A stretch of 64,000 nt of DNA from Methanobacteriota archaeon (GTDB lineage Bacteria > Myxococcota > UBA727 > JABDBI01): contig JABDBI010000006.1 of assembly GCA_013288705.1 (NCBI GenBank), positions 9,078 through 73,077 on the forward strand. The letters are read 5' to 3'. Positions 25,503 through 35,128 of this stretch are shown here, piece by piece. How positions within the stretch are numbered: position 1 is the stretch's first letter; the number at the start of each line of letters is the position of its first letter. The notes under the pieces are model-generated. The model saw only the letters and a program-made list of their open reading frames with translations, was not told where the DNA came from and did no database searches. The position numbers and the translations under genes were made by a program.

Positions 25503-26835
25503 TCCTTTTGAGCCATTTTTCCAAATGGGCAAACATCATTACCATTAGGCATAATCGTTGTAATTCAGGCGGAACACCGTCGCTCTTTTCCATGCATTGA
25601 ACAAGCGCTGGAATATCGATGTAATCCGCGAGCAATCCCTGATGGTTTGGCGTAATTCGCTCAAGAAAAAGTTGCGGCAGTTGTGTAAGAAATGCCGCCA
25701 TAGCAGCGGGAGCGGTGCTGCCCGATTTATTTTGCCTCCACACAATTTCTTTAGGCAGATATGGCTGCATGGCGAGGCGCATGAAATATCGCCCTGTCCC
25801 ATGTCGACGCTTGAAGGAACTCGGCAATGCATGGAAAAACCGCATGAGTGGTGGATGTGCCAATGGAAATTCGTTCCGAATTCCATAGTGCTGTGCAATG
25901 AGTTTCGAGGTCTCTATGCGCAGAGAAAAATGCCGCGATAATGCCCCTTCGACCAAAGCATGTTCAAATTCCCTCACAGTGGAAAAAAAAGGAATCTCGA
26001 TGGGCGGCACCGGAATCCGCAGCAAGGCTGCGTGCTCCTTAGAAATTATAAACGGCAGCGCTGGTTTGGGTTCAAATCGACGGGCTCGCAAACATTCATA
26101 AAAAAATCGCACCCACTTTCTTTTTGTTTTCAATTCGATCAAAAATTCTCTGGCGTGTTGGCTGACCATTTCATCGCCGCCAAATCCTGATAGCAATACG
26201 CTTATACCCATCTGCTGGGCAATTTCATAGGAACGATGGTTGAAAACAGGGAACATGACTTCACTAAATGTGCCGAGAATCTCTGTGTACTTCTCAATGA
26301 CCTCGTGAAATCGAAAACCATCTTCAATTACAACATGTTTTAAACCTAAGGTGTCTGCAACCTGCTGGCTTTGCGACGACTCATCATGCAAAAAGTACTG
26401 AAAAGACGGGTGGGCATATTTTGGAACACCATTGGTGAAAGCAACAATGTCTGCATTTGGGATAGCAGCTCGGGCGAGTGCGGATACCGAGGAGGAATCC
26501 AGGCCGCCACTTAGTTCCACGGCAACTCTTTTATCGCCACCGATGCAGGCTTGCACCGCCGATAGAAGTTCCTGGCGAAACTGTTGTAAGGCAGTGCGCT
26601 TATCGTCTGGGGGTTTAATGGAGGCAAGCGCTATAGAATGCTTGCTTTCAAAAGGAACTCGGTAAATGTCTTTGAAAATTGTTTCAGCGTCATTGGGTGC
26701 AAAAAAATATACCCCTCGCCATAGATAACGTTGAATATAGTCGTGGTTGAAAACGGGCTTTTTATGAAGCTGCCGAATAACCTCTGACAATGAACAGCCA
26801 GAGACCAGAGCCCCATTTTGTTGGGTATAATACAT
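25489..26835 (-). CDS. Asparagine-synthase-family adenylating enzyme lacking the glutaminase domain (lasso-cyclase-like)
   Basis: PP-loop VAVELSGGLDSSSVSALA, LLSGFGGDEMV; only ~110 residues precede the PP-loop and there is no N-terminal Cys nucleophile; ATG 26835 lies 2 nt after the upstream gene's TAA. Confidence 0.7.
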   Translation of the reverse strand: MYYTQQNGALVSGCSLSEVIRQLHKKPVFNHDYIQRYLWRGVYFFAPNDAETIFKDIYRVPFESKHSIALASIKPPDDKRTALQQFRQELLSAVQACIGGDKRVAVELSGGLDSSSVSALARAAIPNADIVAFTNGVPKYAHPSFQYFLHDESSQSQQVADTLGLKHVVIEDGFRFHEVIEKYTEILGTFSEVMFPVFNHRSYEIAQQMGISVLLSGFGGDEMVSQHAREFLIELKTKRKWVRFFYECLRARRFEPKPALPFIISKEHAALLRIPVPPIEIPFFSTVREFEHALVEGALSRHFSLRIETSKLIAQHYGIRNEFPLAHPPLMRFFHALPSSFKRRHGTGRYFMRLAMQPYLPKEIVWRQNKSGSTAPAAMAAFLTQLPQLFLERITPNHQGLLADYIDIPALVQCMEKSDGVPPELQRLCLMVMMFAHLEKWLKRISSG

Positions 26836-26837
26836 GT

Positions 26838-27986
26838 TTACGGAGAAGCGACGGTGCAAGAAGAGTTCAATGTAACCGCGGCACCAGCAATCGCTCTTCC
26901 CACCAGAGCTGCGCTGGTACCGATCGTGATAGAGCCTGCTGCAATCATGGTGCCCTTCATCGTCGAGCTACTTCCTAGAGTCACGCTTGACGCCGCTGTC
27001 CAATAGATGTTTTTAGCCTGCGCGCCATTGATTAAGACGACACTACTCGAGGTTGAGGTGATGATTGTGCTTGTACTCCTGATGAGGAAGACCGCGTTGG
27101 CGTCGTATTGTGCATCAAGAGTCAGGGTGCCACCCCCAGATATCACAATCGTGTTGGCTCCCGAATCATAGAGGCCTGGGGTCAGAGTCTGGCCAGCTAA
27201 ATCACCGGAATTTGAAATCGTAGTAGCAGATCCTTGACCAGTAATACTGGTCGACGCGGAATTGAAATCGCTTTGAGCAGTTGTGAGACGGGCCGAGGCG
27301 CTCACTGCACAGCTCGGGCCAGTCCCGTCTATAGTGTAAATCGTTCCTGTTACTTCACCGCATGTTATTCCAGTTATATTCGTTCCGGAAACCGAGCCCA
27401 ATCCGACATCGCCTGTAACCGAAGTTGGAGCGCCGCTGATCGAAGATTGAGCCAACACAACGAAATTGGAGGACGTCCCAAGAGTGATTGGCGTGCATGT
27501 GGTCCCACCATCTACCAATTGACCGAAAGCGTAAGAAGAGGGCGAGGAACAATTGTTGGCTAAACTTGCGCAATCAAGTGTCAATGCGCTGCTGGCATTG
27601 GAGTGAGAGTACCCATCTGTCCCTTTAATGCAGTTTGCTCCTGTCACGGTACTAAAGCCTGCAAAACTCTCTCCGGATAAGTTGGTGAGATACGTGTATA
27701 GGAGTGTTTGATCGATATAATAATTTTTCCCCGCATGCGAACTGTCGTTGCACCCGCGCGGCACTGCAACCACAGTCGAGGTTGAGCAGCTTCCGGGTTT
27801 TCCGTCGGTGATTTGGAAGGATAATTCCATGTAATTATTGGAGACAGTTGAGGGCGTGGAGAAGGTGAATATTTTGCTCCCCGAAAGTATATGTGGAGGC
27901 AAGCCTTCTTTGGCAATGGAGAAAATATCGACTGCGGCGCCATTCAGTGAAAACAGCGCCATGAGAAAAAAGCAGCCTACTCGCAT
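26838..27986 (-). CDS. Secreted DUF3494 (ice-binding-like) beta-helix protein with Cys-containing N-terminal domain
   Basis: Signal peptide MRVGCFFLMALFSLNGAAV from ATG 27986 (GGAGA 6 nt upstream); LGTSSNFVVLAQSSISGAPTSVTGDVGLGS ... NIYWTAASSVTLGSSSTMKGTMIAAGSITIGTSAALVGRAIA. Confidence 0.7.
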   Translation of the reverse strand: MRVGCFFLMALFSLNGAAVDIFSIAKEGLPPHILSGSKIFTFSTPSTVSNNYMELSFQITDGKPGSCSTSTVVAVPRGCNDSSHAGKNYYIDQTLLYTYLTNLSGESFAGFSTVTGANCIKGTDGYSHSNASSALTLDCASLANNCSSPSSYAFGQLVDGGTTCTPITLGTSSNFVVLAQSSISGAPTSVTGDVGLGSVSGTNITGITCGEVTGTIYTIDGTGPSCAVSASARLTTAQSDFNSASTSITGQGSATTISNSGDLAGQTLTPGLYDSGANTIVISGGGTLTLDAQYDANAVFLIRSTSTIITSTSSSVVLINGAQAKNIYWTAASSVTLGSSSTMKGTMIAAGSITIGTSAALVGRAIAGAAVTLNSSCTVASP

Positions 27987-27996
27987 TGTCCATCTC

Positions 27997-28173
27997 CTAG
28001 CTCTGGGTGGCAGCACCTGTCTGATCTTCGAATAAGTCAGTTCCGGCACCCTGTGTTCCCGTGCTAAAATCGAGTTCTAGAACCTCTGGGGTGCTCCATG
28101 CCTGTTTTTCATTCGGAGCAGAGGTTTCATCAGCGTTCTGCTCAGATGCTTGCGAGGGAGGATCATTTCTCAT
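27997..28173 (-). CDS. 58-aa acidic peptide with lasso-precursor-like features (candidate RiPP precursor)
   Basis: ATG 28173 with GGAGA 7 nt upstream; MRNDPPSQASEQNADETSAPNEKQAWSTPEVLELDFSTGTQGAGTDLFEDQTGAATQS; stop overlaps the SD of the next gene (an in-frame GTG at 28248 would give 83 aa). Confidence 0.45.
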   Translation of the reverse strand: MRNDPPSQASEQNADETSAPNEKQAWSTPEVLELDFSTGTQGAGTDLFEDQTGAATQS

Positions 28174-28387
28174 CAGCTCTTCTCCGCATTTTGGCGGCAC
28201 AGTACAAGCAAAGTCAATCGCAAGCAATCTGATTTTTTTCAGACGCACAGGCTAACAGCCCGTCAATCCTCAATTGTGCAGTAAAAATACCCCATATAGT
28301 TGGCTCGCCTAAATTTATGGTAAAATAATGATCCGTAGATCGCTCGGATTAACCGGGCTAAATTGCGGCAAAATAAAGGAGCAAACA

Positions 28388-28783
28388 ATGAGGTATTTAC
28401 ACATGGTCGCTATAGCAGGGTGCTTATCTGCTGTATCGGCAATCATCGGTTGCGCAACCGATGCGGAAGCCAAGCAGGGCCCCGCACCTACTTCACCATC
28501 GATCAATGCCGCCGAGGAAGCTGGCGCCACTAAAATTCCAAGCGCCTCATTCTATTTGGGGCTTGCCAAAGAAGAACTAACGGCTGCACAAAAGTTAGCT
28601 GCAGACGACGAGAAGGAAAAGGCGGTATCGTTGCTGCTTCGCGCCGACGCAGATGCTCAGCTTGCCGCTGCACTTGCGCATGAGGACGCAGAAAAGACTG
28701 ATGCTACCGAAACAATGGCTCGGGTCAAGCAGCTCAGACAGGATAACCAAATGCCAGTATCAGATGACAGGAGCAATCCATGA
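28388..28783 (+). CDS. DUF4398-like lipoprotein
   Basis: aaggag before ATG 28388; lipobox SAIIGC; helical AKEELTAAQKLAADDEKEKAVSLLLRADADAQLA typical of DUF4398 partners of OmpA-family proteins. Confidence 0.6.
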   Translation: MRYLHMVAIAGCLSAVSAIIGCATDAEAKQGPAPTSPSINAAEEAGATKIPSASFYLGLAKEELTAAQKLAADDEKEKAVSLLLRADADAQLAAALAHEDAEKTDATETMARVKQLRQDNQMPVSDDRSNP

Positions 28784-29574
28784 AAACAATCACATATTTA
28801 AGTTTCGCGTTATGCGCAGTTCTCGCAGTAGGCTGTGCGACAGTCCCAAAAGAACTTGTTGATGCCCGCCAAGCTTATGACCAAGCGAGTAGAGGGCCGG
28901 CAGCAAAATTGGCGCCAGAAGCGTTGAGCAGGGCGCAAGAAGCGCTCACGCAAGCGGAGGCATCTTATGCTGATCGCCCCACTTCATATCATACCAAGGA
29001 TCTCGCTTATTCAGCTCAACGCAAGGCCCAAATGGCTGAAGTGCAAGCAGGCATCGTCGCTGCACGCAAACAAGGCAAGCAAGCAAGCAAAGAGTTTCAG
29101 GCAGCTCAGGCGCAAATTATCAGCAAAACAAAGAGTGACCTCGACAAGAGTAGGGAAGAAAACAATCGCTTGTTGATGGCATTAGGCAAGTTTGGAACGG
29201 TGAGAGAGGAGAGCCGCGGTATTGTGATGACGTTATCCGGTAGTGTCCTCTTTGCTTTTAACCAGTCGACGCTTTTGCCATCTGCGCAAACGACGCTGAA
29301 GCAGGTTGCTGAAACGATTCTCGGGTCTGAGGGTCGTCGGTTGCTTGTCGAGGGCCATACAGACTCGATTGGTTCCGCTTCTTATAATTACCGTTTGTCC
29401 CAGCGTCGGGCAGATGCAGTGCGCTCGTTTCTTATTTCCAGCGGATATCCGTCGGAATTAATCGAAGCGCGTGGCATTGGCAAGGATCGCCCGGTTGCCA
29501 GCAACGCGAATGCTGAGGGACGCGCTAATAATCGACGTGTAGAGATTATTATCTTGCGAGAGCCAGGAAAATAA
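28780..29574 (+). CDS. OmpA-family peptidoglycan-associated lipoprotein
   Basis: Lipobox LAVGC; LFAFNQSTL ... VEGHTDSIGSASYNYRLSQRRADAV ... NRRVEIII; ATGA overlap with upstream gene. Confidence 0.85.
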   Translation: MKTITYLSFALCAVLAVGCATVPKELVDARQAYDQASRGPAAKLAPEALSRAQEALTQAEASYADRPTSYHTKDLAYSAQRKAQMAEVQAGIVAARKQGKQASKEFQAAQAQIISKTKSDLDKSREENNRLLMALGKFGTVREESRGIVMTLSGSVLFAFNQSTLLPSAQTTLKQVAETILGSEGRRLLVEGHTDSIGSASYNYRLSQRRADAVRSFLISSGYPSELIEARGIGKDRPVASNANAEGRANNRRVEIIILREPGK

Positions 29575-29600
29575 TCCTGGGGATAGAAGAAGAAATGAGG

Positions 29601-29628
29601 CACGGCGATGTATGAATGCATCGCCGTG
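29601..29628 (+). terminator. Hairpin terminator after the OmpA-family gene
   Basis: cacggcgatg / tatgaatg / catcgccgtg, perfect 10-bp stem, followed by tt. Confidence 0.55.
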
Positions 29629-29675
29629 TTGCATTTCAACCGGCATTTGCGGCAATATCAATATGAGGCCCGTAA

Positions 29676-30002
29676 ATGCTCTGGTTTCTTGCACGCACGT
29701 TCGCCATTTCCAGCATTGTTGTCGTCGTACCGCTTTTAGCACAACGGGCGCCTCGTCTTGGTGCGCTTTTCTTTAGCCTGCCGCTTGTGAGTGGACTGAC
29801 GTTTGCGATGACGTGGATGCAAACAAAGCAGGCTGGGGTGATTTCGCGGTTGGCCAAAGAGACCTTGTTTCTTATCCCGCTGACGCTGCTTTTTTTTGTT
29901 CCGCTCATCTTTTGCGATCGGCTTGGATTTTGGCTTGCGTTCTTCCTTGGTGTTAGCTCGACCTGTGCTGCGGTGGGGCTTTGGATGTTGTTTGCGTCAT
30001 AG
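29676..30002 (+). CDS. Small hydrophobic membrane protein
   Basis: Four hydrophobic segments in 108 aa. Confidence 0.5.
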   Translation: MLWFLARTFAISSIVVVVPLLAQRAPRLGALFFSLPLVSGLTFAMTWMQTKQAGVISRLAKETLFLIPLTLLFFVPLIFCDRLGFWLAFFLGVSSTCAAVGLWMLFAS

Positions 30003-30024
30003 TTTTTACCTGTGAGGTGTTAGA

Positions 30025-30453
30025 ATGTGGCAACGGAGTTATGAAGCAGAAGCGCACGGCGTATCAGCCGAGCAAATTTGGCAAGTATGGACAGATATCA
30101 ACAGGTGGAATGAGTGGGACGACATGATGGAATACGCGCGCACCAATGAGCCCTTCGGCAAAGGGTGCCACTTTGAGCTCAAACCCAAGGGTGGCTCGAA
30201 GCTTTCGCTCGAGATCGCGGAATGCGAGGAAGGCAAATATTTCGTCGATCAATGTCAGCTCTTTCTCGCGACAGTGAGAGGCCACCATGAAATCCAGCAA
30301 ACGAAGACCGGAGGATTGCGCATCAAGACAACAGTAACGCTCACGGGCCCATTGACGTTTCTTTGGCGCATGTTGCTAGTGCAAAAAATCGTAGATGGTT
30401 TGCCATCCGATATGGCAAATATTATTGCCGCCGCAAAAAAGAGAAATCCTTAG
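30025..30453 (+). CDS. SRPBCC (START/polyketide-cyclase-like) family protein
   Basis: Length and pattern (IWQVWTDINRWNEWD..) typical of SRPBCC proteins. Confidence 0.5.
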   Translation: MWQRSYEAEAHGVSAEQIWQVWTDINRWNEWDDMMEYARTNEPFGKGCHFELKPKGGSKLSLEIAECEEGKYFVDQCQLFLATVRGHHEIQQTKTGGLRIKTTVTLTGPLTFLWRMLLVQKIVDGLPSDMANIIAAAKKRNP

Positions 30454-31862
30454 TCCTTGTAGACGTAATACCAATCTGTTCCCTCGGGAGTATCTTTCAC
30501 TTGAATGCCTCGTGCAGCCAATTGCACGCGCATGGCGTCTGCCTCTTGCCAGTTTTTTGAATGTCGCGCTTGCTCACGCTGCTGCACCAATTCGTCGAGA
30601 TCCTGTGGAAGCTCCGGCCGTGCGAAGTGCTCGACGTCAAATCCAAGTATCTTGTCGAATACGCGAATCAGATGCCACTTATCTGCTGGATGCAGACTCG
30701 CATCTTTCGCCATCTCCCAAACAATCGATAACGCGATTGGCGTGTCCAAGTCATCGGCCATCGCTTGCCAAAAACGTTGTTCATATTGCGTGATCTTGTC
30801 CGATTGGCCGCCCTTGCCCGTAGCGAGCTTCCAGCTAATCGCCCGATTCTTCAACGCTTCAAATGCGTTTTTTGCACCCGTCAGTGCTTCAAAGCTGAAA
30901 AATAATTGCGAGCGATAATGCGCACCCAAGCAAAAATAACGATAGTGCAGCGGATCAAAACCTTGATCCGTGAGAGATTTCAACGTTAAAAAATTACCGG
31001 CAGATTTGGCCATCTTGCCCTTATCGATCACCAAAAACTCGCCATGCAGCCAATAGTTCACCCACTTATGGCCAAAGCATCCTTCAGACTGCGCGATTTC
31101 ATTCGAGTGATGCACCGAAATATGATCGATGCCTCCACAATGAATATCGATGTGTTCGCCCAAATATTTTGACGCCATCGCAGAGCATTCAATGTGCCAT
31201 CCGGGAAAGCCACGCCCCCATGGGGAATCCCATTGCATGACTTGATTGGGAAACTTGCTTTGCGAAAACCACAAAACAAAGTCTCGTGGATCTTCTTTGC
31301 GCGGATCTATTTCTACCCGAGACCCTTCGATGAGCTCATCGAGATTTCGCCTCGAGAGCTCGGTATAAGTCGGAAACTTGGAGATACGAAAATACACGTT
31401 ACCATCGACAGTGTAGGTATAACCGCGTTTCTCCAGCATCTGCACCATGCTCTGCATCTCGGGGATGTGCTCGGTTGCGCGGCACACACACGTGGGGGGC
31501 AAAATATGCAGTGCCTTGGTGTCCGCAAAAAATGCTTCCTCATAAAAGCGTGCGATTTCCCACGGTGATCGATGCTCACGCTTCGAGGCCAATGCCATCT
31601 TGTCTTCGCCATCATCAGCATCGGACTCGAGATGGCCTACATCCGTGATATTCATCACGTGATTCACCTGAAACCCGCAACCCTCAAGGGTGCGACGCAA
31701 AATATCTTCAAAAATATAAGTGCGCAGGTTGCCAATATGAGCAAAGTTATAAACGGTGGGACCGCAGGTATAAAGCCGCACCTTCCCTTGCTCGATAGGT
31801 TGAAAAGCTTCTTTACGCCTCACTAGGGTGTTAAAAAGGGAGAGATTCATACCTGGTGCCAT
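30450..31862 (-). CDS. cysS: Cysteine--tRNA ligase
   Basis: CGPTVYNFAHIGNLRT (HIGH-type), KMAKSAGN (KMSKS-type), overall class I CysRS pattern. Confidence 0.95.
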   Translation of the reverse strand: MAPGMNLSLFNTLVRRKEAFQPIEQGKVRLYTCGPTVYNFAHIGNLRTYIFEDILRRTLEGCGFQVNHVMNITDVGHLESDADDGEDKMALASKREHRSPWEIARFYEEAFFADTKALHILPPTCVCRATEHIPEMQSMVQMLEKRGYTYTVDGNVYFRISKFPTYTELSRRNLDELIEGSRVEIDPRKEDPRDFVLWFSQSKFPNQVMQWDSPWGRGFPGWHIECSAMASKYLGEHIDIHCGGIDHISVHHSNEIAQSEGCFGHKWVNYWLHGEFLVIDKGKMAKSAGNFLTLKSLTDQGFDPLHYRYFCLGAHYRSQLFFSFEALTGAKNAFEALKNRAISWKLATGKGGQSDKITQYEQRFWQAMADDLDTPIALSIVWEMAKDASLHPADKWHLIRVFDKILGFDVEHFARPELPQDLDELVQQREQARHSKNWQEADAMRVQLAARGIQVKDTPEGTDWYYVYKD

Positions 31863-31910
31863 AGCGCCCCAGAGCTAGAATTTCCATCGGCTTTATGTCA
31901 GGATAAAACG

Positions 31911-32564
31911 ATGAGCACTGCAACAGAACTATTAAGCCAGTTTGGCAAGGCCGTCGAAACGAAAAACACGGGCGAATTCGCTAGGATACGGGAGTCCATC
32001 TTGGCTCTTGAGCTTGACTCGCCTGAAAACGTGATGGCTCATTATCGGCTTGCGCTTTATGTGTTGCATCAGGAAAAGAATCTGAATGAGGTGATGTCGC
32101 TGCTGCAAAAAATATGTACGGCAAACATCCCTTGTGCAGAGACCACGCAGGCGCGTATCTCCTATGCCATCTGTCTGAGAGCCAAGGGCAAGCTACAGCA
32201 AGCCATCTTTGAGCTTAGAAAAGTGTTTAACGAAACGCAGAAAAATACACTTGTACAAACGATGGCGCTTGATTATTTGGCAACGTTCTCTCGGGAGGCA
32301 AATGCGCCGGCAGACACTGTTGCCAAGATCAACGATGAGCGCATCGCTCAGCTCACACATTTGGCCACCCACAGCACAAATAAAGATGACAAAGCACAGG
32401 CGACAATAAGACTCGCGGCCGCCCTTGAAGAACGCAACCAAAAAGGCGATACAGAGCGTGCCCGCACTCTATTTACGGACGTAGCGAAGCACTCTTCTGA
32501 CATTGAAAAACCCAGCCGAGCTGCTGCAAAAGACGCCGTGAAAAGGTATGCCCAAAAGCGTTGA
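31911..32564 (+). CDS. Hypothetical helical/TPR-like protein
   Basis: All-helical repeat-like sequence; no specific family recognised. Confidence 0.45.
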   Translation: MSTATELLSQFGKAVETKNTGEFARIRESILALELDSPENVMAHYRLALYVLHQEKNLNEVMSLLQKICTANIPCAETTQARISYAICLRAKGKLQQAIFELRKVFNETQKNTLVQTMALDYLATFSREANAPADTVAKINDERIAQLTHLATHSTNKDDKAQATIRLAAALEERNQKGDTERARTLFTDVAKHSSDIEKPSRAAAKDAVKRYAQKR

Positions 32565-33706
32565 GAATGAAATCTGTTTATGTGACCAAATTATTTGCCC
32601 ATGATTTTCGCAACCTCAAGCAACTTGAACTGACACCCCATCGCCAGCTCAATGTGTTTTATGGGCAAAATGGACAGGGCAAAACCAACCTTCTCGAGGC
32701 CATCGCGTTTGCAGTCAGCCTCAAGGGTATTCGCACCGTTAAGCACAGCGCCGATCTGATTGCTTTTGGCCAACCACAGGCGGCCATCCGCGCTGGTTTT
32801 GGTGATGCAGAACCATTTTCTGTGGAAATAGATATCGAAGGCAAGGGCAAGCGCGTACGCATGAATCAGAAGGCCATTCGCGATAGTTCGAGCTTGCATA
32901 GCCGTGCGGCGTTGGTCACTTTTGTGCCCGACGATTTGCTGATCGCTCTGGGATCTGCATCGCATCGACGTCGGGCATTGGATCAACTCACCTTTGGACT
33001 CTTTCCTGCGCATGCGAGCATCTATCGCCAGTATGAGAAAGCGCTAGTTGAACGTAATCAGATTCTCAGGTCTCCCATGTTTAACATGGATGTGTTGCAA
33101 TCGTTTACTCAGGTGCTGGTGGACATTGGTCTCGCCGTGGTGGAGCTTCGTGCGCGGGCAATGCAGATCTGGTTGCCGTTGTTTGCAAAAGTGCTTTCGC
33201 AGATTACCTGTGACACGATTGTATCGGAGATGTCCTACGCTTGCTCTGCAGCCACTAAGGATGCTTTTTTATCTCGACTCGAACAGCTCCGAGGGGAAGA
33301 GCGTGCACGCAAAACAACACTATGTGGGCCGCACCTCGACGACATCTATATTTCGCTGGGCGGACATCCTGCAAGAGCGATCGCCTCCCGCGGGCAGGCG
33401 CGGGCAATCGTGCTCGCACTGAAGCTGGCCCATCTACACGCCATTGCAAACGAGCGACAACTGTCACCCATCTTGCTCCTCGATGACGTTGCTGGCGAAC
33501 TCGATGAAAGCAACGCGAGACATTTGCTTTCAACGGTGAACCGTCTGCAGGCGCAAACCTTTGTGACGACGACACATTTGGAAGCCTTACCGTTTAGTCT
33601 ATCGGAGCATCAGTCGTTTCGCATGGAGAATGGGCAGCTGACAAAGGATGTGCCACGAAGGCAAATTCCGACACCGGCTTACCCGCTATCAGATGCTCTT
33701 GTATAA
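32561..33706 (+). CDS. recF: DNA replication and repair protein RecF
   Basis: [14 protein letters not shown]alker [17 protein letters not shown] signature region, [12 protein letters not shown]alker B. Confidence 0.9.
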   Translation: MRMKSVYVTKLFAHDFRNLKQLELTPHRQLNVFYGQNGQGKTNLLEAIAFAVSLKGIRTVKHSADLIAFGQPQAAIRAGFGDAEPFSVEIDIEGKGKRVRMNQKAIRDSSSLHSRAALVTFVPDDLLIALGSASHRRRALDQLTFGLFPAHASIYRQYEKALVERNQILRSPMFNMDVLQSFTQVLVDIGLAVVELRARAMQIWLPLFAKVLSQITCDTIVSEMSYACSAATKDAFLSRLEQLRGEERARKTTLCGPHLDDIYISLGGHPARAIASRGQARAIVLALKLAHLHAIANERQLSPILLLDDVAGELDESNARHLLSTVNRLQAQTFVTTTHLEALPFSLSEHQSFRMENGQLTKDVPRRQIPTPAYPLSDALV

Positions 33707-33995
33707 TGCGCTCGAGCACTTCGGGCGTGCATGAGTGATACCAAATGCCCTCGGGATAAACCACTGCTATAGGCCCACCCACACAGACACGTAGGCAATT
33801 TGCTTTGGTGCGAAACACACCACCTTGCCTCGATAAGTTTAACTCCTCGAGGCGATGCTTCAGGTATTTCCATGCTTCAATGCCGACTTCCCGCTCGCAG
33901 CACTTAGGCTTAGCCTGATCACAACAAAGCAAAATATGGCGCTGGATTTGGTTGAGGCACAGCGCTTCAGCAGCTTGGGCAAGTTTTTTCTTCAT
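33594..33995 (-). CDS. Thioredoxin-fold (2Fe-2S) ferredoxin-like protein
   Basis: [14 protein letters not shown] ... [22 protein letters not shown] pattern; 3' end overlaps recF 3' end by 113 nt (convergent). Confidence 0.55.
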   Translation of the reverse strand: MKKKLAQAAEALCLNQIQRHILLCCDQAKPKCCEREVGIEAWKYLKHRLEELNLSRQGGVFRTKANCLRVCVGGPIAVVYPEGIWYHSCTPEVLERIIQEHLIAGKPVSEFAFVAHPLSAAHSPCETTDAPID

Positions 33996-35125
33996 GGTAA
34001 AAACTTTCTCGGGTCTTTTAGCTTTTGTGGCAGATATTCTTCCATCACAAAATTAAGCCCGTGCAAACTGAGTGCTTGTTGCTCGGCGCGCACTTCCATT
34101 TTGAGAAGCTTTTGTAATGCATCTTGCCAAGGTTTGTGCGCTTGGAAAAATGGGTCGTTTTTTAGCGCATCGAGGGCACGCTTTCTGTCTTGCTCTCCGA
34201 GAGGATGCGTGGCTTTTTGCAAGCCATATTGATCGATGTCATAGGGTGTCAACCCAAGATAAACGGCCTGCGGAACACAGAAGAATTGATTGATGTGCGC
34301 GGCGTTTCCGGAGCCAACTTTGAGCGTCCGATAAATATTACCAATCCCATAAGGATCGCAATCGGTGAACGCATAGACGGGAATCTTCGCTGTCTCGGAG
34401 AGCCTGCGCACGAAGCGTCTGCAGGCGCGTGTGGGCACGCCACCCATGCTCACCAAAATACAGCTCGCTTTCTTCCAATAGTTGTGGCTCTGCAAGCGTT
34501 GAAACATACCTTGCGTCTCGATGCACAAAATAAACTTGGCTTTGGTTTTGAACTCGAGATGCTCTACCCAAGATGGTACGGCATAAGCTCCAGAGCCAAA
34601 GCGCGTGCAATCGATTTCAATGGCCTCCCCAGATTCTAGATCGTGATCCACCACGACGAGTTCGCCAGCCACAGCGCCACCATGCTGATCGGGGATAAAA
34701 CGCAGCTGTTCGCGCGTGACACCCTCAATCGCAAACATAGCCTCGATGTCATCCATGATGGCGTCGGATTCAGGCTGCTCCAAAAAGCGCGCATCTCCCC
34801 AATTTTTGGACTGATAGTAAGCGTCTCGCTTTGTGGCAAAATCATCATTTTTAACGAGCTCGGTACTCAGCGACATCATCTTTAGCGTTTGCGCAAACGC
34901 CTTCACCGTATTCACACTCAGCGTGCGCTTTTTGACATGCTTGCCGAGCTCAAAGAATCCCATCTTCTTGTCATATTTGACATTACTAAGACTTCTGAGC
35001 GGCATCTTAATATTGGGCGCTTTTTTCTTTTGAATGTCTTGATGAATTTGCAGCGCGCTGCGTGCAATTGCTTCGATGGTGGATTTATCCTTCGCCTCTG
35101 AACCTTTTTGCCTTTTGCCTGCCAT
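33992..35125 (-). CDS. top6A: DNA topoisomerase VI subunit A (Spo11-like)
   Basis: Toprim Glu block [14 protein letters not shown] and DxD block [15 protein letters not shown]; size 377 aa; ATGA-type overlap region with the ferredoxin-like gene downstream. Confidence 0.85.
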   Translation of the reverse strand: MAGKRQKGSEAKDKSTIEAIARSALQIHQDIQKKKAPNIKMPLRSLSNVKYDKKMGFFELGKHVKKRTLSVNTVKAFAQTLKMMSLSTELVKNDDFATKRDAYYQSKNWGDARFLEQPESDAIMDDIEAMFAIEGVTREQLRFIPDQHGGAVAGELVVVDHDLESGEAIEIDCTRFGSGAYAVPSWVEHLEFKTKAKFILCIETQGMFQRLQSHNYWKKASCILVSMGGVPTRACRRFVRRLSETAKIPVYAFTDCDPYGIGNIYRTLKVGSGNAAHINQFFCVPQAVYLGLTPYDIDQYGLQKATHPLGEQDRKRALDALKNDPFFQAHKPWQDALQKLLKMEVRAEQQALSLHGLNFVMEEYLPQKLKDPRKFLP

Positions 35126-35128
35126 GGA

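Noticed and set aside
25489-26835. Annotating the gene as asparagine synthetase B (asnB)
   Set aside because: The N-terminal Ntn glutaminase domain and Cys nucleophile are absent. Only the PP-loop synthetase domain is present.
33594-33706. 113-nt convergent overlap of recF and the ferredoxin-like gene as a regulatory antisense feature
   Set aside because: The RecF core ends near ..FRMENGQL. The remaining codons probably just run on to the first stop. There is no evidence for function.
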